A stretch of DNA of 64,000 nt. It comes from Vicugna vicugna. Its lineage: Eukaryota. Location of the stretch: positions 126,591 to 190,590 of the forward strand of contig MU058039.1 of assembly GCA_013265495.1 (NCBI GenBank), in the 5' to 3' direction. The notes under the pieces are model-generated. The model searched no databases. It saw only the letters and a program-made list of their open reading frames with translations, and was not told the DNA's origin. Both the position numbers and the translations under genes were made by a program. Positions 51,857 to 64,000 of the stretch are shown piece after piece. Position 1 is the first letter of the stretch. The number at the start of each line of letters is the position of its first letter.

Positions 51857-51889
51857 ATGGCTGTTGGACTGTGTAAAGTCATGTCCCAG
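51857..51889 (+). CDS. ZNF527: ZNF527 first coding exon (whole exon 51815-51889), MAVGLCKVMSQ
   Basis: ttctcag| acceptor, CAG|gtaagt donor; matches recalled human ZNF527 MAVGLCKAMSQ. Confidence 0.9.
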
Positions 51890-52829
51890 GTAAGTTGATG
51901 TTTTCCCTTTGTTTCCAGAAGTTTCACCTCATTTTTTTTTTTAACTTTGGGACCTCAGAGAGTCACAAATAGCCCAGTGAGCACTCTCTTCACTTCTCTC
52001 TTTCCACTATTTGTTCATATAATCCTTCTATAAAGTATTTAGTATCTTTTTTACTCAGTGTTTTGCTTAAATGTGTGATGAAACTGAACTTTCCTCTTTA
52101 GATGGATCAGGATTTGTTGTGTTGTAGATGTATGCAAGAGAAATAAAGGATAGAGTGTGACTATCAAGTGTCCTATTAAATAGAGAGGTCAAGGATGGCT
52201 TTTCTGAGGAAGTGACATTAAAGCAAAGGAAAACCTCAGTGAGAGTAGGGAGTACACTTGTGGAGATCTGGGGAAGAACTTTAAAAGTAGAAGGACTAGC
52301 AAGTATAAAGTTACTATAGTGGGAGCATGTTTGATGTGTTCCAGGAATAGAAGTGAGCCAGTATCCTCAGAGGTTAGTGAGCACTGTGAGGTCAGAGCAG
52401 AAGCTAGGGACTAAATTATACAAGCCTTTGAAAGTCATGACCATAATGTTGGATTTTGTTCTAAGGGTGAAGGAGAGCCACTGGACTGTTTGTGATGTGA
52501 TTTGCTGTATGTTTTAATGGGAAAATAGATAGCAGGGGAGTAAGGGTGGAAGCAAGGAGGCCAATCAGGAGGCTACTGCAGTAATCCAGGTAGGAGGTGA
52601 TAGCTGCCTGGCCTGTGGTGGTGGCATTGGAGCTGGTGAGATTCAGGGTGTATACTGGAGATAAAAAATATGGGATTTGATCAGGGATTGTTTGTGGAGT
52701 GTGAGAGGAAGAAAGAAATCATGGATGACTGCAAAGATTTTTGACCTGGGCAGCTGTGTAAATGGTCATGCCATTTACTGAGATGGGAAGACAGGGTGGG
52801 GTGAAATAAGAATCAAGAATTGAGTTCTA

Positions 52830-53240
52830 TTTGCAGCAACATGACTGGCCTAGAGATCATCATACTAAGTGAAGTCAGTCAGACAGAGGAAGACAAATGT
52901 ATGATATCACTTATATGTGGAAGCTAAAATATGATACAAATGAACTTAGGTACCAAGCAGAAACAGACTCACAGACATAGAAAACAATCTTATGGTTACC
53001 AAAGGGGAAAGGTGGGGGAAGGAATAAATTAGGAGTTTGGATTTAGCAGATACAAACTACTATGTGAAAAATAGATAAACAACAAGGACTTACTGTATAG
53101 CACAGGGAACAATATTCAATAGCCTGTAATAATCTATAATGAAAAAGAATATACAAATGTATGTATAACTGAGTCACTTTGCTGTATACCAGAAACTAAC
53201 ACAACATTGTAAATCAACTATATACTTCAATTAAAAAAAA
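52830..53240 (+). mobile_element. L1 3' end with 15-bp TSD, inserted in an L2
   Basis: aagaattgagttcta (52815-52829) and aagaattgagctcta (53241-53255); A tail. Confidence 0.9.
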
Positions 53241-53746
53241 AAGAATTGAGCTCTAAATACAATGTTAGGACATGTGAGTTTTTCCAGATTTTTTATGTAC
53301 CCTTTCAGTGAAAATTCTGTCTAAATCTCTTTACATATCCTTCATTATTTCTTCAAGATACATCCCTGGAAGTTTCTCCTTACATATAAAGTCTAACTTT
53401 CAGACCAGACGCCTTTGTTAAAGCCCAGTTCAAGGCCTTCCTTCGCTACTGTGACCCATCTGTTACCCCAGTCTATGAAATATAAAGAAATTCTCCCTGT
53501 AAGAATGTCTTGATACTTCAGATATGTAACACAAAACCTAGCATTTGCTCACATACGTTCATATTATAAACTCATGTTTCATGCTAGAAGCTATTTTTTT
53601 TCCTGCGTATCTATCTTTTCTCTTTTACAAAAATGTGGTCATTTCAAGGGGTGAGTCTGTTTCTAATATTTCTCATTCTCTCAAAATATTTGACAAACCT
53701 AGGCACAGACTTGTTTCCCAATAATTATTTCCCTCTGACCACTTAG

Positions 53747-53986
<240 letters not shown>

Positions 53987-54154
53987 TAATTCACATCTCC
54001 CCTATGGGGTGTTTTTACTTCCTCCATTGGGAATATCGAGGGTATCTTAAATGCTTAGCTAGATTTCTGCTTTTTGTTCCCAGAAAGTTATTTGAAGCAG
54101 TTTCATAGAGTTATAATTGAGTAGTTCCCTTTGCTGTAGAATGATGGTTTGAGA

Positions 54155-54420
54155 AAGCAGCATCAGTATGGCTTGAGAATTTTTTAAATGGCAAATTATG
54201 AGATACCACAGTAGACCTACAGAATCAGAAATTCTGGGAACAGGCTCAGTAGGCTGGGTTTTAATGAGCCCTTCAGATGGTTCTGATGCCCATTAAACTT
54301 TGAGAGCCATTGTGGTTTCTGATTCAGTAGGTCTGGGTTGGGGCAGCCTAAAAATTTACATTTCTAATTAATTCCTAGGTGATGGTTCTCCTGCTCTAGT
54401 ACTTTGAGAACTTCTGCTGT
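54155..54420. mobile_element. MER5-type MITE fragments
   Basis: agacctacagaatcagaaattctggg; tttctgattcagtaggtctggg...actttgagaac. Confidence 0.7.
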
Positions 54421-54600
54421 GAAAGAAGCTTCATCTTTCTCATCCTCCATTCAAGCATCATTCCATTCTCAGGCCCTTCCTCTAATGTCCTTTCTTGCCT
54501 GATGGCCAAGAGATTGAGTCTTGAGTTCTGGAACAGCAGTAGCAAGATGATGTGTCTATCTGTCTGTCTTTTGTTTGCTCTCATTTTTCTGTTCCTGTAA

Positions 54601-54705
<105 letters not shown>

Positions 54706-55237
54706 TGACGGGGAACCGGGCGGGGAGGGCTGCTATACGGTGCCAGCCCAGCTGGTCATGAGAAGGCTGCCCTGGGCGTCAGGGGGTCTTTTCCTCTCTA
54801 TTTCTATCAAGTTATACTCTCAAGAATACTTCTGCCTATACCCTGAATCTCATTCCTTCTCAGTTCTTCTTTCCCCTTTATGAGCAGAATTGTATACATT
54901 TCTAGAGTTCTTTTCAGAGTTTTTATTTTTATCAAAGTTATTATTGAAGTTATGTAGGCACATTGGTTGAAGAGACAAGTAGTCTTACAAGGGTTACTCT
55001 CACAAGGGTTGCTCCCTTAAAAAACGCAGTCTCTCGCCCTGCTTCCCAGTTTCCCTCTCCCTAGAGGGATCCACTTTCTTCACTTTTGTAGTTTTTTTTT
55101 TGGTGTTTTCTTCATGTCTCTAACAAATATGTGATGTTGCTATTTCTTGACTGTTTTTTTCGGATTTAGTCCTCATCCAGTATCTTCTAAGAAAATAAGA
55201 ATTTAGTACTTTCTTATCCTGAATCCAACACATGCTT

Positions 55238-55241
<4 letters not shown>

Positions 55242-55286
<45 letters not shown>
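55242..55286. repeat. (CA)n microsatellite
   Basis: Uninterrupted run of about 22 AC units. Confidence 0.97.
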
Positions 55287-55288
<2 letters not shown>

Positions 55289-56904
55289 TGCCATCTCCCT
55301 ATCTCACCAGTATCATAATTTTGATTGAATCATCGTTTACATTATTATGGCTATTAAGTGCTAGTCATAACCGTGCTGTGCATGTACCAGGATTACTTTT
55401 TCTGTCAACTTTATATTTTTCCTGGCATTAATGATTTTCTGGATTTTTTTTCCTGTTTGTTTTTCCCCCTTAGTTTTTTATATACATGTTCCTAACTCAG
55501 TTCTCAACTCCCCATCTAAATTATCTAAATCTCTTAAGACACTCAGACACATTAGGTTATCTATTGATTTTATCTTCTTAGAGAAATCTCTCCCAGAGTC
55601 TTCAGATATGCTTCACTCTAACAGATGGCTCATTACATTTTCTTGCATTCTATTTGGGTTTATCTGATGTTTTCTCATGATTAGATGGAGGTAATGCATT
55701 TGTGAAGAGTGCTGCAGGAATAATGTGTCCCTCTCGGTGAGTGCATCATACTAAAGGAGTCATAATATTGATGTGTCTTGTTATCAAAGATGTTAATTTT
55801 CATCACTTGATGAAAGTGGTGTCTGCTTGGTTTCTCCATTGTAAAGTTACAGTTTTTCTATTTATTATTAATAAATATTTGGAGGAAACACTTTGAGATT
55901 ACTCAATTTCTTCTGGAACTTTTGCCCACTGATTTTAGCATCCATTGGCCCATTGGATCTTGTCTGCTACAATTAATGCTGTGATATTGGCCTGACATTG
56001 ATACTTTTGTTTCCTTCTTTTCTTTACACATATTAACTAGGATTATTTGGTTGGGAAGAGCTGTTCCATCTCTCCCCTTTGTTTATATTTTGAATCATTT
56101 CTTCATATATATGGAATGATGGATTTTTCTTCTATGAAGTAGAACTACTGAATCATTATTTTGTTGCTCAAGTTGTTTCAGCTTTGACCATTGGGATCTC
56201 CTTCAAGTTCATTCCTGTGATCTTTTAACATGCCCCCATCCATTTTTTTGAGCACTGCCTTCCTCTATGGTTCCAGGTGTTCCAAGTTCATCTTGTTTTT
56301 CTTGTTCCATCCTTGAATCAACCACTTTTCCAAGGAGCCGTTTTTATTGGGAAATGCTATTTAGAAGCCAAGGTCTGGGTGATCGGTGTGCTCATTGCTA
56401 CTTGGATGTCATTTCTTCTAGGCCCTCCTGGCAGATGGAGGTGGGAAATATATGTATATATACCAACACACAAGAACAGACATACACTTCTATATTTACT
56501 TCTGCTTCATTTTTTAATATATTAAAATTTTCAGTGTATATTGACACCTTGATTCTAGTCCTGCTCCACAGGGTTTATCGTAGCCTTCCTCCTTTACTTA
56601 TTTGTTATTTCTTTGTCTGACAATGAGAAGCGATGTATTTAATTTTTTGCTCAGTTTAAATATACATATAAAGTAGTTTCAGAATTTCTAACCTATTCCT
56701 CTGTGAGAAACAAATTTACTATCTATATTACATTATTTGTATGTAGATATAAGTATTTTTTTAGTCTTAAGAATTCAGTTAAAAACTATTTTCCAAAGTG
56801 ATTTAAGTTAGTTCTTCTAGGTTCATTTGTTACTATTGATTTCTGCCTCATCCTGGTTGGTTTTTATTGTTTTGCATTTATTTTTTCAGTATCTGAAACA
56901 TTAC

Positions 56905-58030
56905 TATTACCAAACTCAGCTTTGGCTCCTCACCACTCAAAAGCCAGTACTCGTGAGGCAAGTGTTGGTGGAAAGGAAAGGTTGCTTTAATCAGAAGACT
57001 GGCAACCTGGGGAGAAGGTGAACTCATGTCCCCGAAACCAACTTTCAAGATTCTGCTCAGCCATGACAGTTTTTAAAGGGAAAAAAAGGGGAAGTAATCT
57101 CAGTTAATCATTGAGGCAGGAGGTTAGGTTCTGCATCATTTTCCATTGTGTGTAGACTGGTTGACTTCACATGATCTTTTTTTCTGATGTTATCTTGCCC
57201 ACATGGTCTGCCTACAGGACTGTTAAGGGGGCTGCTGGGGATAGAGAGCTTTAACTACTTAATTCTTAATTCTTTAACTACTTAATTCTTTGTTCCTATT
57301 TCTTTAATCTAGAAACAGAATCAACAGGTTAGGCAAGGCATTGTTTGCATTCAGTAGAGCATGTCAGGAGTTAGGTTAAATATTACCTAGGGATCTCATT
57401 TTTATAATTAAGGTTTCAGGGGAATGGAAGTAGGCAAACAGGAAAGGGCAAAAAGAACTGCTTATAAACCCCCACTTGTCAGACATCATTCCATTTCTGT
57501 GGGATTAGGGCAGGAGGTCTGTCTTCTGTAACTTCTTCATGCTGACATAGGGCACCATATTCTCAGAGTGGAAGATGTTGACATGGGTCTGTAACATCTC
57601 ATTACTGGCAACTTTAGTTGCCTACTTATATATATGGGCAAAGCAAGCTACAATTATTTTGATGCCCACAAAAATACATTTCCTTATGAGCAACAGCATT
57701 AATCCCATTCTCTTGAGGCCAGTTCCTGGAATTGTGCTGGCAGTAGATTTCAGCACTGCTCAAGATGGAGCAGCTGATGTCATGGCTGCAGCCTGGTCAT
57801 CATGCAGTTAGTTTTTTCCCTCTGGTGGCAGTTATAAAATCTGTACAACAACTCAGGAATGTACATTAGACACTGAAAGATTCTGTGACTCTATTGTCCT
57901 GTCAAGCAAGACTTGATCTTGCTCTTTAGTGACTTAGGGAGGCTTGGGAAACTTCAGTTTTTCTACTAACAAGAGGCAGGGGACATGGAGAGGCCTTTGT
58001 CCTTGGGGGGAGGGCCTGCTTGGTCTTATA
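56905..58030 (-). mobile_element. ERV LTR-like element, about 1.1 kb
   Basis: Abrupt compositional change within L1-type sequence; ggttgctttaatcag (reverse attaaa signal) near the left end; family uncertain. Confidence 0.5.
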
Positions 58031-58347
58031 AACTAGGTTCCTAAGAATCAGGTCTTTACAAGAATATAGCCTCAGAAAAGTGTTGCTCCCTCCTCATCCC
58101 TCCTGTCCTGTCTCTGTTCCCTACTCCTTCCTGCCCCTTCCTTACCTACCCCTTGTAGATTACCAATCTCTTTATTTTCAGGTTTGTCCTTTTTATGTTT
58201 CTTTTGCACAAGTGAACAAATACATATGTAGTTTCTTGTATTTCTTTATATGCTACATGAAGAGTAGTATGCCATGGATACTCTTTGCATTTTGCTCTTT
58301 TCATACACACACACACACACACACACACACGTACACACGTATATGTA

Positions 58348-58521
58348 CAGTTGTCCCTTGAGCAACACAGTTTGAACTTCAAGGGTTCACTTATATGCAA
58401 ATTTTTAAAAATAAATAGTACAGGAGCCGAAGTTTGTGGACCCGTGGGTGCTGAACCCCAGATACAGAGGGCTGATTATAAAGTTAGACCCCTGACCCCT
58501 GAGTTGTTCAAGGGTCAGCTG
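58348..58521. mobile_element. Tigger1-derived MITE
   Basis: Terminal inverted repeats cagttgtcccttga / tcaagggtcagctg, preceded by TA. Confidence 0.8.
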
Positions 58522-59271
58522 CACAGGAATTCACTCCATATTAGTTCATGGAGAGCTTCCTCATTTTTCTAATGGCTGCACAATGCTCGTCATGTGGAGT
58601 TTACAGTAACTTATGCAGCTACTCACTAACGTGTGGACATTTAGGATGTTTGCAGTAGTTTACAGTTATAATGTTACAATAAATAACCTTGTACATATGT
58701 ATTTTCCTTTTGTTGAGGCTTTATCTTCAGGGTAGTTTCCAAGATGTGAGATTGCTTATGAAGTTTTGTTAGGAATTGCCAAGTTCCCCTCCAGAGGTTG
58801 TACTAGTCTGCTTTCTGTGTTAGCTTCTTATGGCTGCTGTAACACATTACCACAAATTTAGTGGCTTAAAGCAACACAAATTTATTATCTTCTATCTCTG
58901 GAGGCCAGAAGCTGAAAGTGGGTCTTACAGAGCTAAAATCAAGATGTCAGCAGCCTGCCTGCCTTCTGAAGGCTCTAGGAGAGAATCTGTTTCTTGCCTT
59001 TTTATGCTTTCTTTAGTGTCTTTATCCATCTTTTTATTTCCAACTTTGTTAAAGTACTTTGTTTTCAATATGGGCTTTATATGCAGTATAGAGTTGAGTT
59101 CTGCTTTGTGAACCAGTCTGGACATCATTTCAGTTTAACAAGTGAAAGTCCAGTCATATTTTTGATATGTTTGGGCTTAATTCTGCATTTTGTTTTATGT
59201 TATATTTTCTGGTTTTTATCATTTTTTAAAAAAGACTTTCATTTATCTGTTTTTTAAAAAAATTAATTAAA

Positions 59272-59400
59272 ATTTTTTGGCGGGGTTACTTTTTTTTTTT
59301 AATTTTATTTACTTTTTTTTTAAATGGCAGTTCTGGGGATTGAACCCAGGACCTCGTGCATGCTAAGCACACATTGTACCACTGAGCTGTACCCCATCCT
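59272..59400 (-). mobile_element. tRNA-derived SINE (vic-1-like)
   Basis: ctggggattgaacccaggacctcgtgcatgctaagcac...taccactgagct. Confidence 0.85.
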
Positions 59401-62400
59401 TGTTGTTTATGTTTTTCTAGCCTTTTTTTGGTCATGTAATACTGTAGTTTTTATAATAATTAGAAAATTTTTTCTTTTGTTCTAGTGTTTACCTTCATGG
59501 TTATAGTGTTCTCTTTCTTTAGACAGTATTTATTCTTTCTATTACTTGATTGGTCAGCTTTAAAAACTAGCCTTTGTTTTTTAACCTGTAACAGATGAGT
59601 CAGTAAGTAGCTTAATTTTGCTGCCCACCTTCCCTTAGCAAATTTTGTTAGTTGTATGCATTGTACTTTGTCCAAGCATATTATATTTACATGCTGTTCT
59701 GTCACATTTATGCCAATCTTTCATTTTGTGTTAATTTTGTAGTTAAATATATTTAGTGTTTTCCACTAGGTCCTTTTGCTGAAATTTCTCTAGACATCTC
59801 TTGATTGGCTGAAGTCTGTCCTCTGGCAGTTTCCTCAAAAAGAGTTCATGGAACCAGTGGCCCCCTTAAGTTCTGCCTTGTTCATAATTGACCATTCTTT
59901 CCTTCAGTTTCATATAGAATAGGATTGGTGATGAATATTGTTACAAAGATGTCTGATGCCAATTTGATATTTTCCCTTTATATGTAAGTACCTTCATATT
60001 TTGTTCTGAACGCCTAGATGGTTCTTGTTTTCATTTTAAAATCATTTTATTAGGGCACGTTTCAGTCTTGACCATTTTGAGTCACTTTTTCCTAGTACAT
60101 GTGTTCTCTCTCAGGATGGAGAGTCAAGTTTTTATTTCAGGAAATATTTCTTTTCTTTGTTATTGATGAAGTTAAAATTACAGGGCAGTGTAGAGTATAA
60201 TATATAGTAAAAGATTTCCTACTGATGAACTGTTTTTGTGTTTCTGAATTGCATACTTGGTCATGTGTATTATTCATTTAATATACTGCTTGATTCAGTT
60301 TTTATATTTAAGAATTTTGCCTGTTATCCTTGAGGGAGATTGGTCTGATATAAAGACATGTGACAATAAAAAGTGATGATTTGAGGGAGAAAAATGCTTA
60401 TAAAGCCTTAATGCCTTAAATTTTAATGTCTTCTATAAACCATTTAAAAGAAGATATCAGTGTAATTAAAATATGTGCAAAGTATAGGAGTAAGAAATTC
60501 ACCAAAGAAGAAGACACAAAGTATATAAAAGATACAGAATGTATATAAAAATGCTCAATAATATAATAATAAGAGAATTACAAATTAAAACAATAATGAG
60601 GTACTCTTACTTGTAGGGGCAAAGATTTTTAGAATGATATTAGCCAGTATGATTAGGTTTGAAGACATATACTTTATATTGCTGATAGGAATGTAAATTG
60701 ATAAAAATTATTTTGGAAGGCAGTTTGACAGTGGATATTACTATTTAAAATATGTGTATAGTTTTATTTCACACTAGAACCTATAAAATATTAAATTATG
60801 CAAAAACATATTGTAGAAGCTGCTTATTTGATTTGTAAGTTGGTTATGAGGAATCAAAAAATATATATACACAAATGTGAGGCATTTTATTTTAACTTTA
60901 TGGCATATAAGTGAATGTTTATTAGTTTTTTGATACAGTGTTAAAACCTTTTACTTGAATATGCTCTGTTGATTAAAATTCAACATTGTCTTTCTGACAT
61001 AAATAAAAACTTTCATTGTTGATTTCTTATAGAGTGAAGCAAAAATGCTTCCAAACCAATGAGTATAGAATCCTTACAGAGTTTTATGTTTTTAATAGGC
61101 TTCTACAGTTCTCTTCCATACTTAAATCAAAATCGGGTTTTTGAGTAACTGACTTTTAGCCTGTTTTTCTACAACTTTCAACTTAGTTTTCATTAAGAGG
61201 ACTCTCTTTCAGCACTCATCTAATTAATTAATTTAATTAAGCTATGTAATTATAAATGTGAACTAAACAGGTTGCAAGCACAACTGAATTTTGGCAAGCA
61301 GATAACTTAGCTTTAGGGATACAAGTATAAAAATCTATTAAGATGCTGGTTACCTAAATTATGGTTCATTCATTCTGCGAATGAGGTAGCTTTGTTTGTA
61401 CTGACAAGGAAAAATGTCTACAATGTTGTAAGTTAATTTTTTAAGTTAGAAAAAAGTTGTATTATCTGTATAGGAAAAATTCTAGGAGGATAACAGACCC
61501 AACCATGAATAGTACTGGTCTTTGGGATGATGTTTTGAGAGAGTATACTTCATACATTTTTGCATTGCTTAAATATTTTCTAATACATATTATTTCTGTT
61601 TAAAAGAAAAAGTGAAAAATATTGTAGAGCAGCCCTAATGTGCTTGTCCTCAGCTGATGCTCCCTTACACATACAGTTGGGTAGGGAAATCCTTCCGTGT
61701 GTTTTTCTCATGAGATTCCTTTCAGCCAAGTGTAATCAGGATGGGGGTGCACGGTGATGTACCCCTTCACTCTGTTCTCCTCTGCATCCCATAAGGTTTT
61801 GTGGGTGGTTTTTTTTTTTTTTGGCATTAGGTGTATTTTTCTTGACACTTCCGCACAATGATAGATAATTTTACAAATCACCCTGATTCAGTCCTTTTAT
61901 GGAAGAGACTTTAATGAGAAGAAGGTGTAAAATGCAAGGCTTAGGTAGTATTATTGGTCCAAGAATTTCACCAGAATTTTCTTTTATAAGTATTATTTTT
62001 TTCCTAAGCATCCTTTAAAATAATTTCATAAATTCAGAAATAAAATCCTTATGGAATTATGATAGCAAGTGACCTGATATAAAATAACTTGGGGCAAATG
62101 AGTATGAATATTTATTTTTTTCACTTAGTATTGTTATATTTAACTTTTTTGTTTACTTAAGTCTTTAAAATAATTTTGTGACATTTTATAGGACCTTTTT
62201 GGTGTTCCTACACGCCATACTCCCTTCTGTCTTCCAGTTCCTTAAATACTAGTTGTAATCTTCACTTGTTGCGTTTAGTTCTGATTCTCTTCCACTGTCT
62301 TATTTACCACTTACAGTCTGACTTCTGCCCCTCTAGTGTGAATAAATCCAGGTGCTTTTCTTCATTTTCACATTCCTCAGCTTACTGAGATGCATAAGGT

Positions 62401-62519
62401 ACTTTTTCTCTGTCCAAAGCTCTGTTCTGTATCTCTCTCCCTCTAATGGCTCCTGTGCCTGTTTTTCTTTCTTTTCCTCATTCAGCCATAAGATCTTTGT
62501 CATTAATTGGATCTCTATG

Positions 62520-62710
62520 CAGTGCTGTCTAATAGAATATTCTGTGATAATAGAAGTGATCTGTGCTTTCCAGAACAGTAGCCACGAGCCACATTTGGCT
62601 TTTAAGCACTTGAAATAATGCTAGGTGTGATTGAGAATCTGAATTCTTAAATTTTGAATTTTGATTAAATTGCCATATGTGGTTAGTAGCTGCTATATTG
62701 GACAGCGTAG
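62520..62710. mobile_element. MER3-like hAT MITE
   Basis: cagtgctgtctaataga ... tattggacagcg inverted termini. Confidence 0.75.
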
Positions 62711-64000
62711 CTATACGTTCTCTTAAACAAGGAGATCCAATCTATAAATCTGTGGGTCATTGGTTAAGCTGTTCATTGGAGCATGGATTCTGGGCTTTAG
62801 CAGTAAACTCCCTCTTTGTTTTTAAGATTTCCCTTTTTTCCACACACTTGCACCAGAATCTCCTGGGTTTCATGCCTGGGGAGTGTTTACTGAATCAAAG
62901 GAGGGTTTACTGAATCAGAAGACGGTTTGCTGAATCAGTATATCTACCTACTGCTCACCAGTTCAGCACAGGTCTGCAGCTTAGTGAGATCTTTTCCTCT
63001 TCCAACCTTATACACCAGCCTACTTACTATACAGTTCTGATTGGATTCCAAAGTTGCTCATGATTTGACTTCTAACTTCCATCATTTATAGATTATGATC
63101 AGTTGGAAATTATGTGTCTCTGGTATCTATCTGGGTACGTTTTAATCCCAAAGAGGTTACCTTTCGCATTCTTTCTTGCCATGTGATCATCAGCCTATTT
63201 CATAATTCTTTTGGACAGAGATGTAATAATATCTGCACCTACTAGTAGTGTAGGCGTAGGGATAGCTTAATGAGCATGTATTAATTTGTCTCATTTTATG
63301 ATAAGTATCAGTGAACATGTATAGTGAGCCAGACACTGCTAGGTATTGTATAAATATGTTATCCCTTATTTTTATACCACACTTGCAAGATCACCTTATT
63401 TTGCCTACTTAGAAACTGAGGCTCAAGAGGTCGGTTAATCAGTTTACTAACAGTAGAGTAACTGGCTAGCTGGGTGCAGGGGTAGGATTCAAACTCACCT
63501 TTGACCCTCAAGCCCTGTTGTGTTTCTGCTGTGCCACATGGATGTCAGTTTGTCTGTCTTCTGCTTTGCCTGAATCCATAATTTTCCTTTACCCCTCAAT
63601 CAGTTACTGATATGAGTAAATTACCTTTTGCTGAATGCCATCATAATGCCATTGACTTCTAAGTGTTCCTCTATTCCAGTCATAGTGAACATTTCTTCTA
63701 CATATTTAATACTTATTTCGTGCTCCATACATCCCCCAGACTCTACTGTGTACTTTCCCCTGGAGTACCCCACATGAAGTTCCTTCCCTTATAGTATTCA
63801 TTTGTCTAAGTCCAGAACATCTTTTTTTTTTTTTTTTAAAGAGAGTGGTTGGAGCTCCAGGCACCTGAGAATCCTCCATGTTAGAGAATGTCTGGCATCT
63901 TCTCCTCAGTCTTCTTTTACTCAGCATTACCTTAGGTATTGTATAAAGCTGTCATTTGCCTGGAGTAAAGATTTATTCTTGGTAAGAGGGAATGTGGTGG

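Overview
Mammalian genomic DNA, probably camelid (four tRNA-derived SINEs resembling vic-1), from a KRAB-C2H2 zinc-finger gene cluster. Gene content matches my recollection of the ZNF875(HKR1)-ZNF527 interval of human 19q13.12. All genes are on the + strand. (1) An unnamed, compact KRAB-ZNF gene (421-3140) has 4 intact fingers and a fifth broken by a 2-bp deletion. (2) An orphan CpG island near 9.4-10.1 kb carries RFX-type motifs. (3) A complete ZNF875/HKR1 orthologue (CDS 16950-33210, 636 aa, 13 tandem fingers) has a last exon that resembles the PRDM9 last exon. (4) A dead KRAB gene (about 39.5-45.4 kb) has a 5' end that is an old duplicate of the ZNF875 5' end, with both splice donors destroyed. 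(5) The 5' part of ZNF527 (promoter, ATG exon, KRAB-A, KRAB-B) is present; its finger exon lies outside the window. The rest is L1, L2, MIR, LTR and DNA-transposon remnants. I see no RNA genes, CRISPR arrays or wholly new system. The best leads concern KZNF birth and death and the PRDM9-like exon. Gene and repeat family names are from memory, not database searches.
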